Shown here piece by piece: positions 1 through 12,979 of a DNA stretch of 64,000 nucleotides. Position numbers and translations under genes: made by a program. Below the pieces are notes generated by a model, which worked only from the letters and a program-made list of their open reading frames with translations, had not been told where the DNA came from and made no database searches. Each line of letters begins with the position of its first letter. Position 1 is the stretch's first letter. The stretch spans positions 310,001 to 374,000 of the forward strand of contig NW_025766059.1 in the NCBI RefSeq assembly GCF_003918875.1, given 5' to 3'. This stretch comes from Haliotis rubra (taxonomy: Eukaryota).

Positions 1-999
1 TCGATCCATCATTCAAGATACTCTAGTCTATTCCTTGTCCTCAACTCTTTTCTCTGTATACATAAATACTTTGATGGAAGAAGTAATTGTTATTACGTCT
101 GGAATTTCTATAGACCTTCCTCTTCTGCTTTTGCAGATATTTTTCACCTGCCAACGATAGTACAGGCATTGCCACTGATGTTTGGTACAGTTGCTATTTG
201 AAAAGCTTTTGTAAGTAAAGAACTAATAAATCTTTCTAATTTCAGGAACACACATATTTGTGTGATGGTCATTTTGAGCTCCTAGACCCCCCAGAGATAG
301 AAATCAACAAATATTTATCAATATAAGAGAATCTTGCTTTGTTAACATTTGGATCTATAGTTTTCAGCAAAGCAAACATATCAACAGGCATATATTTTCC
401 GGATTACAGTAAAATGCACTGAAGCAGGTGGGATGACCTATAACCCTGTAAACAAGATTGTATGATACCCATCTTCAACCAATCTTCCCTCGTTATACCA
501 AAGGTCCGGGTTCAGTTTTTCGCATGGGGACTCACTCATTCACTTCTCTAGCTTTGCTTCTGTTTCTGCCTACATTGCACACAAATGATTCATGGATTTT
601 TAGGATTTTATGAAACACAAGTAATATTCTTGGGAGCACATTGATTATGCAAATAAAAATATTTAAACCCTTTCCACGACCTCATCACACCACAATTCTA
701 CAATTCCGACTGTAACATGAGGTGTTCACCTGAAGAAGAAAAACAACTACACGGGAAAGCATGGATCAAGTCCTGCCTGTATCGCCCAATATGGGGGTAA
801 CGACACATAATCAGATATTTATTTATTTGATACACTTTCCGAAGAAAGGTTGCTCATTAAGATTTTTACCTACATGTTGAAAATAGTAAAACCCTTTTCA
901 GAGTTTACATTAAGAACAGAGCATCTCCAGTTACTGTATCAAATATTGCAAACCTTGAGTACCAGGCAACGTAACTATATCATCAGCTAAATGCCACAC

Positions 1000-1166
1000 A
1001 TATACTCATGGAAACGAATAAGGGATCACATGAAAGTACAAGTGTTCCCTTATTCTTTTCCAGGTTTCTTCACAAGGTATGTATTGCACTATGGGTGAAA
1101 TTCTGGAAATAAATAAAGGAACACTTGTACTTTCACGTGTTCCCTAATTCGTTACCATGAGTATAT
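1000..1166. mobile_element. Palindromic (hairpin) MITE-like element
   Basis: atatactcatggaaacgaataagggatcacatgaaagtacaagtgttcc at the left end is matched in reverse complement by ggaacacttgtactttcacgtgttccctaattcgttaccatgagtatat at the right end; non-coding. Confidence 0.6.
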
Positions 1167-1550
1167 CTTACCAATATTTACATAAAGCTGCAATTATCAT
1201 AAATATATGCATAAAGTTAATGAAAAATGTAATTAAGATTACAGCTGTAGCATATATTTTGGTATATAAATACAAGAACATATTTCATGGGTTGTCACAA
1301 GTCACAGTTCATTATTACCACGGGTAATTTAAAAGTTAAACGAGACTTACCTGTAAGTTGATGTTTGACTGGGATTCTATCAGCTTATCTTAAGTAATGA
1401 AAGGATTACGTGAGATTGCTCTGCGCATGTGCGAGTCAGACAGTTAAACACTTGTGAGGGAGAATCAGAAAACCAATAAGTATTGGAAATAAGACAACCA
1501 ACAAACAAACCAAATAATGATATTAATGGGTGTGCTTAGTTCTGGGAGGG

Positions 1551-1675
1551 CACGTAATCCCTCCATTACTTAAGATTAGCTGATAGAATCCCAGTCAAAC
1601 ATCAACTTACAGGTAAGTCTCGTTTAACTTTTAAATTCTATCAGCTAATCACGTAATGTTCGGTATTACGTGAGA
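1551..1675 (-). repeat. DIRS internal complementary region (ICR)
   Basis: 1551-1637 is the reverse complement of 1326-1412; 1633-1675 is the reverse complement of about 8593-8635. Confidence 0.9.
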
Positions 1676-1810
1676 CTTTAAAGACTGATACTGACTCACA
1701 ACAGATTAGAATTTATAACAACATCATAAAGGCAAGTCACAAGTTTACTGAAATGTTGGGTTATCCAGACAATAACATAATTATGTCAACGTACACAGTA
1801 AGTCATGGAC

Positions 1811-2270
1811 TTAGAACAAAGGCTTCTCCAAGAGTCTGTAACTGACTACATATTGTGAAATACTTGAGAACTGCTTCAGCAAATCTTTTACCTTTATCAA
1901 TAGGTTTATTGTAAAATCGTGCAAATGTAGTCTCTGAAGACCAATGTTCAGAATCTCTGATAGTGGCACTGATGCAGCCAGTGCTGCTGGGGGTGCTGCA
2001 GCTCTAGTACTGTGAGCTTTTAATGACAAGTCCTTGACAGGTGACAAAGTTGCCAGGAAACAGAGGACATCCTTCATAATCCATTGTATTTTGGTTTTGG
2101 TAGGTTTAACTGAAATGCTCCCTTTAAGAAACGGCAAACAGTTGGGTGGTTTCCATATGGGATGTTATCCAGTCGAATGAATGTTGAGAGAGCACATTTC
2201 GCTGTATCAATAGAGCTATAGCCCAGTTCTTGTTTCATCAAATTGAGAAGAAACTCAAGAACATGACCTA
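1811..2270 (-). pseudogene. DIRS tyrosine recombinase, internally deleted C-terminal remnant
   Basis: KAHSTRAAA carries the HxxR catalytic box; located 3' of the RNase H/MT region; much shorter than a full YR. Confidence 0.75.
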
Positions 2271-4473
2271 TAGATGGTTCATAAAACTTAATCTGCCCTT
2301 GACAACAAAAGTTTCTCCATTTTGCGATATAGCAGGAATACTGACGTCTTGTTTTGCTGCGCCATGATCCAACAATGACTTCTGTTGGTTCACTAGAAAT
2401 GCCTCTCTGTCTGTAGGATGTCCCGATAGCATAAAAGCAGTCAGTTTCAGTTTACTGAGAAAGGGATGTCTGTTTCCGTTGGAAGATGTTAGCAGGATCT
2501 GATTCACAGGTAATTTGAGGAGCCTGCAACACAAGAGGGATAACAAGTGTGAGAACCAGGCTTGTGTAGGCCACAGTGGTGCAATCAAGAGAACTCATAA
2601 ATAAGATCTTTATGCCATGCCTGGTAGAATGAATTGATTGCGAAAGCCTCAGGATCTGGGCGCCAGCTTACAAATTTGTTAACTTTCTTATTCAGTCGTG
2701 ATGCTAACATGTCAATAACAGGACTAATGTCAAAATGCCTAATGATAGCTGTGTAGACTTGAGCATTTAGAGACCATTCAGTTCTATCTGAAAACTTTCT
2801 TGATGCCCTGTCTGCATCTATATTGTTTACACCTGCTATATGTGAAACTGTCAGCCATATAGATTGCTCTTTACACCAGGTCCATATTTCTTTCACCAGA
2901 GTATTGCATATTTCAGATTTTGAACCACCCATAGCTTGTATATATGCCACTGCAGAAGTGTTGTCAGACAGAATATGAATGTGTGTTCCACTATAATCAT
3001 GTGTCAGAGCAAATGCCTGTAAAACCAACAATATAGCTTTAGTTTCGACCACATGGTACTTTTCCTCAATATTTGACCATCTACCACCTATACGTTGATC
3101 TAGCTTAGCACCCCAGCCATTTGAGCTGGCATCTGTATGTATTTGAAGGTGGAAGGATACTTTTTTCTGATCCTACAATATTTGTAGCCCGCCATGATAT
3201 TTCACTTCTACAAGTGGAATTGATTTCCATCAGAGACTTAAAACTTCCTGCATTTTTCATCAAAGCTTTAGATTTGTCAGTGTCAAGGTACCGATAATAC
3301 AGAGGACCAAATGTGACTGCTGGAAAGCTTGATACCATAAGACCAAGTAATTGGCAAATAGTTCATATTGTATGGTCTTGTTTCTTAAGAAGTGATAAGC
3401 ATTGTTCCTGAAAATAACATGCCTTTTCATCTGGTAGTCTGACTGGCATCTTCAGAGAGTCGATAATGAATCCAAGAAATCTGATATTTGTAGCTGGCTC
3501 AATACAGAATTTTTCTATATTAATTTGAAGCCAAGCAATGCAAACAATTTTGTCATAGCTTTGACCGAGACTGTGCCATCAGCATAATTGTCATCCTGAG
3601 TATATGTATCACCAATTTAGCCAAGACATTGAAATCCGTCTGTTCCTAATTGTGCAAAGACTGGCTTCAGCAGCTTTGTGAATATCCTTGGGGAACATGC
3701 CCCATGCACATGTACATGCACAAGTAAACTGAAATATTTCACCATTCCATCTAAACCAAAGATATTTTCTACTGGTTTCATCAACATTCACTGAGTAGTA
3801 TGCATTGGTCAAGTCAACCGAAGATATTTTCTACTGGTTTCATGCACATTTCACCATTCCATCTAAACCGAAGATATTTTTTTACTGGTTTCATGCACAT
3901 TTCACCATTCCATCTAAGCCGAAGATATTTTCTGCTGGTTTCACGCACATTTCACCATTCCATCTAAACCGAAGATATTTTCTACTGGTTTCATGCACAT
4001 TTCACCATTCCATCTAAACCGAAGATATTTTCTGCTGGTTTCATTCTCTGAGTAGTATGCATTGGTCAAGTCAACTGAAGTCATGTACATATTTGGTTTG
4101 AGCATATTTAAGATTGACTGCAAGCTTTCTTAAAAGGATGATATTTGAACATTCAATTTTTTTTTAGAATGAGTCTGTTTTTTTCATTCTTCTTCAGTCT
4201 CACAAATATGTTTGAAATAAACTGACCTTCACATTCAATTGCCTTTTCAATTACACTACATTTTCACAATTGATCTATTTCTAGTCCAATGATTTCTACT
4301 TCATTTGGATTGAATACGATTTGTTTTGGTTCAACCACTTGAATTGGAGTAGATGAAATCTCAATTTTCAGACCTTTTACAATATTCAAGATGTATTTGT
4401 CTGAAGTCATGTCAGTCCAGTCAGTTGGATAAACACAAAGCTGTGCTGCCAGCTGTGAAATCTGCACCATCAT
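2268..4473 (-). pseudogene. DIRS pol (RT, RNase H, Dam-like methyltransferase), frameshifted
   Basis: RT: MTSVDLTNAYYS, LRFRWNGE. RNase H: HILSDNTSAVAYI...HIAGVNNIDADRASR. MT: PVIDMLASRLN, IAPLWPTQAWF. Multiple stops and frameshifts. Confidence 0.9.
3735..4075. repeat. About 50-bp tandem amplification (about 5-6 units) inside DIRS RT
   Basis: aagatattttctactggtttcatgcacatttcaccattccatctaaaccg recurs at 3821, 3871, 3922, 3972 and 4022. Confidence 0.9.
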
Positions 4474-4475
4474 CT

Positions 4476-7154
4476 AACCCATGCGTGTGGTCTGGTAACA
4501 TCAACTGATACTGACCTACCTGGTCCCATGCCTGGGGTCTGGTAACATCAACTGTTACTGACCTACCTGGTCCCATGCGTGTGGTCTGGTAACATCAACT
4601 GTTACTGACCTACCTGGTCCCATGCGTGTGGTCTGGTAACATCAACTGATACTGACCTACCTGGTCCCATGCCTGTGGTCTGGTAACATCAACTGATACT
4701 GACCTACCTGGTCCCATGCCTGTGGTCTGGTAACATCAACTGATACTGACCTACCTGGTCCCATGCCTGTGGTCTGGTAACATCAACTGATACTGACCTA
4801 CCTGGTCCCATGCCTGTGGTCTGGTAACATCAACTGATACTGACCTACCTGGTCCCATGCCTGGGGTCTGGTAACATCAACTGATACTGACCTACCTGGT
4901 CCCATGCCTGGGGTCTGGTAACATCAACTGATACTGACCTACCTGGTCCCATGCCTGGGGTCTGGTAACATCAACTGATACTGACCTACCTGGTCCCATG
5001 CCTGTGGTCTGGTAACATCAACTGATACTGACCTACCTGGTCCCATGCCTGTGGTCTGGTAACATCAACTGATACTGACCTACCTGGTCCCATGCCTGGG
5101 TCTGGTAACATCAACTGATACTGACCTACCTGGTCCCATGCCTGTGGTCTGGTAACATCAACTGATACTGACCTACCTGGTCCCATGCCTGGGGTCTGGT
5201 AACATCAACTGATACTGACCTACCTGGTCCCATGCCTGTGGTCTGGTAACATCAACTGATACTGACCTACCTGGTCCCATGCCTGCCTGGGTCTGGTAAC
5301 ATCAACTGATACTGACCTACCTGGTCCCATGCCTGTGGTCGGGTAACATCAACTGATACTGACCTACCTGGTCCCATGCCTGGGGTCTGGTAACATCAAC
5401 TGATACTGACCTACCTGGTCCCATGCCTGTGGTCTGGTAACATCAACTGATACTGACCTACCTGGTCCCATGCCTGTGGTCTGGTAACATCAACTGATAC
5501 TGACCTACCTGGTCCCATGCCTGTGGTCGGGTAACAACAACTGATACTGACCTACCTGGTCCCATGCCTGTGGTCTGGTAACATCAACTGATACTGACCT
5601 ACCTGGTCCCATGCCTGTGGTCTGGTAACATCAACTGATACTGACCTACCTGGTCCCATGCCTGTGGTGATACTGACCTACCTGGTCCCTTGCCTGTGGT
5701 CTGGTAACAACAGCTGATACCTACCTACCTGGTCCCTTGCCTGTCGTCTGGTAACAACAACTGATACTGACCTACCTGGTCCCAGGCCTGTGGTCTGGTA
5801 ACAACAGCTGATACTGACCTACCTGGTCCCTTGCCTTTGGTCTGGTAACAACAACTGATACTGACCTACCTGGTCCCATGCCTGTGGTCTGGTAACAACA
5901 GCTGATACTGACCTACCTGGTCTCTTGCATGTGGTCTGGTAACAACAACTGACACTGATCTACCTGGCCCCATGCCTGTGATCTGGTAACAACAACTGAT
6001 ACTGACCTACATGGTCCCATGCCTGTGGCCTGGTAACATCAACTGATACTGACCTACCTGGTCCCTTGCCTGTGGTCTGGTAACAACAACTGATGCTGAC
6101 CTACCTGGTCCCTTGCCTGTGGTCTGGTAACAACAGCTGATACTGACCTACCTGGTCCCTTGCCTTTGGTCTGGTAACAACAACTCATACTGACCTACCT
6201 GGTCCCATGCCTGCGGTCTGGTAACAACAACTGATACCTACCTACCTGGTCCCTTGCCTGTCGTCTGGTAACAACAACTGATCCTGACCTCCCTGGTTCC
6301 CTGCCTGCCGTCTGGTAACAACAACTGATATTGACCTACCTGGTCCCTTGCATGTGGTCTTGTAACAACAGCTCATACTGACCTACCTGGTCTCTTGCGT
6401 GTGGTCTGGTAACAACAACTGACACTGATCTACCTGGCCCCATGCCTGTGATCTGGTAACAACAACTGATACTGACCTACCTGGTCCCATGCCTGTGGTC
6501 TGGTAACATCAACTGATACTGACCTACCTGGTCCCTTGCCTGTGGTCTGGTAACAACAACTGATACTGACCTACCTGGTCCCTTGCCTGTGGTCTGGTAA
6601 CAACAGCTGATACTGACCTACCTGGTCCCTTGCCTTTGGTCTGGTAACAACAACTCATACTGACCTACCTGGTCCCATGCCTGCGGTCTGGTAACAACAA
6701 CTGATACCTACGTACCTGGTCCCTTGCCTGTCGTCTGGTAACAACAACTGATCCTGACCTCCCTGGTCCCCTGCCTGCGGTCTGGTAACAACAACTGATA
6801 CTGACCTACCTGGTCCCAGGCCTGCGGTCTGGTAACAACAGCTGATACTGACCTACCTGGTCCCTTGCCTGTGGTCTGGTAACAACAGCTGATACTGACC
6901 TACCTGGTCCCTTGCCTGTGGTCTGGTAACAACAACTGATACTGACCTACCTGGTCCCATGCCTGTGGTCTGGTAACATCAGCTGATACTGACCTACCTG
7001 GTCCCATGCCTGTGGTCGGGTAACATCAACTGATACTGACCTACCTGGTCCCATGCCTGGGGTCTGGTAACATCAACTGATACTGACCTACCTGGTCCCA
7101 GGCCTGTGGTCTGGTAACATCAACCGATACTGACCTACCTGGTCCCTTGCCTGT
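4476..7154. repeat. 47-bp minisatellite, about 57 copies, inside DIRS at the gag/pol junction
   Basis: Unit gtctggtaacatcaactgatactgacctacctggtcccatgcctgtg with period 47 (e.g. 4681 to 4728). Confidence 0.97.
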
Positions 7155-7159
7155 GTTGG

Positions 7160-8260
7160 GCCTTGCTGGGGTCTACTGCTGCTTCCCCCTCCTTTCTTTC
7201 GTGGCCCCTTTGGGTGTGCCATCTGCTGCCGCGTCATAAAAAAGACGCTCATTGGTAGCCATAGTAACCTCTAGATCTACCACGACTTCTGCCACGATAA
7301 CCGTTGTGTCCATATGAATCAGGGTTGTATCTGTAACCACGTCCCTGGCCTTTTGTCCAATACGGCAGGCCACTGACATGTCTTTAAGATGTTTTGAAAT
7401 GTCGTCGCCAAACAGGTAGTTTGGGGCCACATGTGCTGAAGGAATACACAGTGCTCGAAACTATTCTTTTAGATGTGGCTTCATAAGTTCCTTTCTCCTC
7501 AGAATGATTTCTCTGTTTGCATGCGACGACACAGTGAGGGCGTCACTGAGGTTATTTACGATGTTCTGATACAGTTCAGTTGACACATCACGTTTCTTGT
7601 TAACGAGTGAGTCTAAAGTATTCACTATGGAAGTAGCAGTCTTGATGATTGCAGTTTGAGTTCTCTGCATTTTGCAATCGGAAGATCTCACATCAGGGGG
7701 CAAAGAGTCCCAAAATCAATTTGTTTACCTCGGGCGTGTTGAGGTCCTTGCAGTTACCGAGTTGTTTTATCGCTTTTTATTTTGACGCAATGGAGGCATC
7801 GTACATTCTGGTAACAAGTTCTGCCAACCTCGATGGAATCTCCATCTGTGTTTTCAAGGAGCAAGTTTGTTTTGATTGCATTGAAAAGACCATCGTCAAC
7901 TGACATGTCTTGTGAGGAAGAGGAAGTTGCATTCACTGGCGCATGCTCAGTGTGGTCATTCAATAACTGACTAGCAAAGTCAATCGAACCTTTATTCCTT
8001 AGTTGCGTATCGGCGCCATCAGAGTAAATTGACTCCACCTCATAGGGACGATAGTCTTCGTCATACATCTCGCAATCATAGGGCTCATCGTAAGAACTCA
8101 TTGTTTCAAGTTTGTTTACGAAACCTGACATGCGTTTGCTCAACTTTTGAATTTCCGACATCATCGTGGCAAAGCCACCTGCGTAGGAATCAAGATCTTC
8201 ATTCCTTGTACCGTCTTTGGAACACCCTGGCTGTTCGACAGACTTTTTATCAGTCATTTT
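7160..8260 (-). pseudogene. DIRS gag-like ORF1, frameshifted
   Basis: Broken ORFs 7754-8257, 7461-7703 and 7173-7430 (SSHANREIILRRKELMKPHL, YLFGDDISKHLKD) upstream of pol and inside the ITRs. Confidence 0.75.
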
Positions 8261-8716
8261 ACCACCTTTGTGGTGTCTTGAACTAGCACGTCATTTGTGT
8301 CGGCTTTATCGGACATATTGTCAGTTCTGGGGATTTTCAAATTCAATGCCACCTCGGACATGCCTATGGAAACGGTTTATGGTTTATGGTTTATATCGAA
8401 TTCAATTTATGATACATGACTTTCGAACGGTCTATCCACTTATGCATATATCACAATTACCGGTATGTGAGTTTTAAATTTCAGCAACGTAATTATACAT
8501 AATTAAACCAGAGACAAGAAATTATTCTTTCTCTACGAAGAGCATGTCTGACGAGATCGCTCTGAGCACTGACTCGCACATGCGCAGATCAATCTCACGT
8601 GATACCGAACAGTACGTGATTAGCTGATAGAATTTACGGTGAAACCTTGCATTACATGTGCTTCGTTCCGGGGCAGGACTGAAGTCCTCGAAACTCTCAG
8701 GAGTCAAGCTGCCAAA

Positions 8717-8800
8717 CACCCATCCAAGGACTCTCAGCACCCAACGTTGCTAAACTTCAACTGATTTGTGACCTGAGCTCAAGGCACATGCCAACACACC
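8717..8800 (-). mobile_element. 5S rRNA-derived sequence (degenerate 5S pseudogene or SINE3-like head)
   Basis: Minus strand atcagttgaagtttagcaacgttggg...gtccttggatgggtg resembles the 5S internal control region (A box AGTTAAGCAACG, C box CTTGGATGGG); the 5' and 3' stems are not intact. Confidence 0.45.
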
Positions 8801-9342
8801 ACCACTTTACATTCTGATATAAGTGTTCTTTAATAATTCATGTTATGTTTCTCACCATTTACATGAGTAAATGGCCACATTGTATTCTTGTTAACAGGAT
8901 ACATTTATTGTGTAAAAGTAAAAATATATATCTGTGGTTGTATAGCCTTGTGTTCTTTTTCCAAAACGTATTTCCTTACTTCTAAGCAGTGGAATCCCTG
9001 CGCTAATTGAGAATAAACAATTTATTCATCACTTAATTGTCTGGTTCGTTTAGTGACCGCCGTCTCAATGTGTCAAAATGTCACTAATTGGTGAACATGT
9101 TTCACTTTGCAATTTGTGTCATGACCTGAGATGTTCACTAAATTGGTGAATATGAAAATAATTAAATGAAAGAATTAGTATATTTAATTGTTCAATGGTG
9201 ATTAGTTATCATATGACACTATATAAAGGGTTGAATGACAAAATGCTTCATTGCAAAATGGCAAATGCACAGGTTGACATCGAGCTCATTCCAAACAGTC
9301 GTGATAGCAGAAGCCGTGTGTGTCATATAATAAAAAATAACC

Positions 9343-11240
9343 GATAACGATTACGAGCACGCCCGCGAGGTGATAAGGGGGTTGTAAGAATTTAGGCGAC
9401 TATAACGATCTGTACTAGAAAACCGACGTACTTCTGCTCGCCGATGCATTCGAGATATTTAAAATCGTGGAAATAGCGACATAAACATAATACCTCGGTA
9501 CTGAAACAGTAAAAAAGGCAACTTTAAATCGCTAAAACTGCATAAGAAAACGAAGAGCCTGCAACTTCGATTTTGCGCATGCGCACATGGAAGAGGAGTC
9601 TCGATCGCATGTTGACATTTTCCAGCTTGGACAAAAGTTACATTCCTCTTTAAGTATTTCTGTTATGTTATTTGGCATTTATCATCATCATATTTGTGTG
9701 CACACTTGTTTAGTTTACTTTCCATTCGTATGAAACGACTGACAGCAATTATTTCGACATATTTAATACTTTTTCTACCCGAGGCGATTCGTGGTTGCTC
9801 GGAAATTGGAAAGAACCACGGATCGTAATGCGAATGTGCACTAGAGGTCAAAGTTCGCTGATATGAAAATGTTGCAGTTTCATAGTTTTTCGTTACCGTT
9901 TTTACTGTTTCAGTAGCAAGGTATTATGTTTATGTTGCTATTTCCACGATTAATGGGCTTTTTCTGCGTTTTTCTGCACAGTGGGAACGTTTTCTTTTGT
10001 AGGCCTGCTGTTTATCGAGAAAGGTCCGCGTGGTGGAATTTCGATGGCTGCGAAGCGATACGCTAAAGCCAACAATAAATACATGGAAGGTTATGACTCG
10101 AGTAATCCAGCCTCGCTTATACTCTATCTTGACGCTAATAATCCATACGGCTGGTATGAGTCAACCTTTACCCACTGGGGTAATCAAATGGATTCCCCCG
10201 ATGTAGACATCAACGGTATCACGCCAGACTCGAACAAAGGTTACATACTCGAAGTCGACCTGGAATACCCCACAGAGTAACACGAGTCACACAACAGTTA
10301 TCCGCTCGCTCCCGAACGATTAATGGTTGACAAAGACTAGATGTCAGGATATCAACGAAACCTGTTAGGAAACAATAAACTGGCTAGCGCGGCAATATTC
10401 GCATCAAACTTGATGGATAAAATGAAAAACATTGTGCACTATCGTAACCTGCAGCTGTACTTGTTGTTGGGTATGAAGCTAAAGAAAATACATAGGGTAC
10501 TCGAGTTGGATCAAAGTCCTTGGATGGAACCTTACATAAGAGTGAACGCGGATTTACGAAAACGGGCCACCAGTGATTTCAAACAGAATCTATTTAAGCT
10601 CATGAACAACTCGGTATTAGGTAAAACGATGGAGAATTTAAGAAAGCGCGTGAATGTGAAGTTAGATCTCACGAGCAGGATAGACTTAGCTAGCCCGGCC
10701 TTCAACAGATGTAAAATATTCAACGATGACAGTAGCGTTGCGCATGGCCAAGAGTCATCTCATATTCAACAGACCAGTGTACGTTGGTTTGCGTATTCTC
10801 GATCTCTCCAAACACTTAATGTACGACTTTTACTACAACGAACTCAAGAAGCAATACGGTAATAGATGCGAGGTGTTTTACCGACACAGATTCGTTGTTG
10901 ATGCATATGGAACTTCAAACCGCGGACGTGTACGAGGGCATGACGGACAAAATAGACATGTACAATATGAGTGACTACCCAAAAGACCACGCCCTACACA
11001 GTATGATGAATGAAAAGGTACTCGGGAAAGTGAAAGACGAATGTACCGGGCCCGCGATCGTCGAGTACGTAGGATTAAGACCTAAAATGTATTCCATCAA
11101 GAAAGCCGACAGGGGCGAGATAAGAAAGGCTAAGGGTGTGAAGAAATACGTTGTGTAAGCAAATCAAACACGAACAATTCAAAGAGGCAGTGACAAGAGA
11201 AGTGACAAGCACAGGATATACGGTTTAAGGTTGAACAAAA
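9343..11240 (+). pseudogene. Protein-primed family B DNA polymerase relic (Polinton/Maverick or adintovirus type)
   Basis: ExoIII-like LGDYNDLY*KTDVLLLADAFE (about 9390-9460); RGGIS; YLDANN.YGW; GYILEVDLEYP; FKLMNNSVLGKTMEN; a frameshifted YTDTDS-like motif; GLRPKMYS; KAKGV; many frameshifts. Confidence 0.9.
9463..9951. mobile_element. Non-autonomous TIR element (MITE) interrupting the pPolB relic
   Basis: About 55-bp TIRs: aatcgtggaaatagcgacataaacataatacc...gaaacagtaaaa and ttttactgtttcagta...gttgctatttccacgatt; TSD unclear. Confidence 0.75.
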
Positions 11241-12766
11241 CCTTAAAATCGTTCAAGGTCAATGTCACTAGTACATGATCGATTAATTTGAGAAAGAGGT
11301 TTTTCAAAATCCAGCTCAAACAGCGCATTAGATATACCTTCAATGAATACCGATATCATCAGGCCACTGGACTATCCGGACCATTAGACTAACGCTTAGT
11401 CTCTGATTATATATAACTTTGATATTAACAAACAAGCCCATTTAAATTGAAAAGGAGCCCCAGGGAGACCAGAGATTCAGACTGATGAAATCTAGACTTG
11501 CTTCATTTGGGGCTTTAGCACTACAGAGAGGGCTCGGCAGTAGGGAAAATAATGTGGTTCAGGGACTGTGAGACAGACTATCCAGACCATTAGAATTCGT
11601 CTTTACGCGGTCCGTGCCCAGGCTCAGAGGTCAACTGATCCCATTTCACTTTGCACAAGGTGTGGTCGTGTCTGGGGACGTTGCAATGAACGTCTAGCCA
11701 ATGTCAGTCTGAGACTCATTTGGCTGCAGATCAGATTTTGTGTGGCATCAATTAGGCTGAGTGAATTCAATTCCACATTATGCACGGACACGGGCACCGG
11801 ACACCATACTGACGCAAGTCGTGTGAGTTGACGTTATGTCTTTCAGAGCTACAGAACTCGGGCTCACATTAAGTTTGCAGTGTTTCGGCGAGTATTTTCA
11901 GCGTTTTGTTTTGATAATGTCTGCAATGTCAAACTTTCAAAAGTTTACTTTCTTTTGCCAAGCAGTTTACATGAAGTTCATATTCCTTATAATAAACTTT
12001 TGAAAATAACATGTGTAGAAGACTTGGTGGCTATTTTCTGGGACGAGTAAAAGCAATGCTGTAAAGACAATTTATTTCAATAAGCAATCGATCTCATTCA
12101 TTTTACTTGGATACCATGTTATTACGTTGATATTTAATGTTCGGTTTCTATCTTAACTTGTTCGGTTTAAATACAATCTAAAACTAACGTCTCCTTACAA
12201 ATGACATACACGGGTTATATTTACCATTTATTGATAGTTACGCTTCATGAAATCCCAAAACAGCCAAGCACTCATGGGTTTGCCTGAGAAAGAATAAAAT
12301 AAGTTGTTATCCCGAAAAAGTGTCATGTATTAACATTTCTTTTGGGTGAATATGTGCTGAACACTACCACCACAACCACGTGTTCTAACGCTATAAATAT
12401 ACATATATATGTATAGGACCTTTTCAAGTTCAAGAGGCTTATTTAGTGTTCTTATGTTAGTTATGTTGGTTATTCATAAGTGCTTGTTCCGTCTGTCGTA
12501 ACTTTGGCTTGTCCTGTTTCTGTAGGATATGCTGGAACTGGTCCAGGAGGGTAAGATGGTGGAGGCTGTGCCGTCCCTGCAGGTTGAGTGTAGTGTGTAC
12601 CTGGAGCAGGCTGAGGCGGGTAGACGTATCCTGCATTGTATGCACCGGAGGTAGTGTTTGAACCTAGACAGAAATAGACACGATTAGCCGAACATGTAGT
12701 GTAGTAATCAGTTGGTTAGCAAGCCAAGGACATACGACATGTCTGTGTCCGACTGGCACAGTTCTG

Positions 12767-12875
12767 GGTGTCCTTGTACAAAGCAACCCCCTAGCGCTAA
12801 TAATGTCGTATATCTATATTAAGTTATGAGAGTTAAGGTCACCTTAGCTCTAGGATCGCTTTGTACAACGACACC
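12767..12875. mobile_element. Tourist/PIF-Harbinger-like MITE
   Basis: TIR ggtgtc(c/g)ttgtacaaagc with CTG TSD; absent from the paralogous introns of copies 2 and 3 (empty site gttctggtaac in copy 2); a related element lies at about 18743-18850. Confidence 0.8.
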
Positions 12876-12979
12876 CTGGTAACTAGTAGCCTACAAAGGC
12901 ACTGTGCAGCAGAGGTTTGTTAAACACTTTCCTAGAATTTTATGGACAGTCAGATAATCTTTTCCTTAATCATTATCAA

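Larger units (their letters stand above)
1326..8635 (-). mobile_element. DIRS1-like tyrosine-recombinase retrotransposon, both ends present, ORFs decayed
   Basis: Inverted terminal repeats (about 1375-1440 vs 8569-8635). Internal complementary region 1551-1675 is the reverse complement of both termini joined. Order on the minus strand is gag, RT, RNase H, MT, YR. AATTTA occurs at both junctions. Confidence 0.93.

Noticed and set aside
1-960. Possible minus-strand exons (acceptor-like sites near 570 and 730)
   Set aside because: Frames contain stops and I recognise no protein motif
4476-7154. CRISPR-like regular repeat array
   Set aside because: Head-to-tail 47-bp units with no unique spacers, no cas genes, eukaryotic context
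8670-8700. Hammerhead-like ctgaag...cgaaac
   Set aside because: Core is CUGAAGU rather than CUGANGA, and stems I-III cannot be formed
12457-12645. ORF-track peptides MHTMQDTS... and MHTLQDTS... (also 54821-55003)
   Set aside because: Wrong frame of the Pro-rich last exon; splice phase supports the PPSY frame
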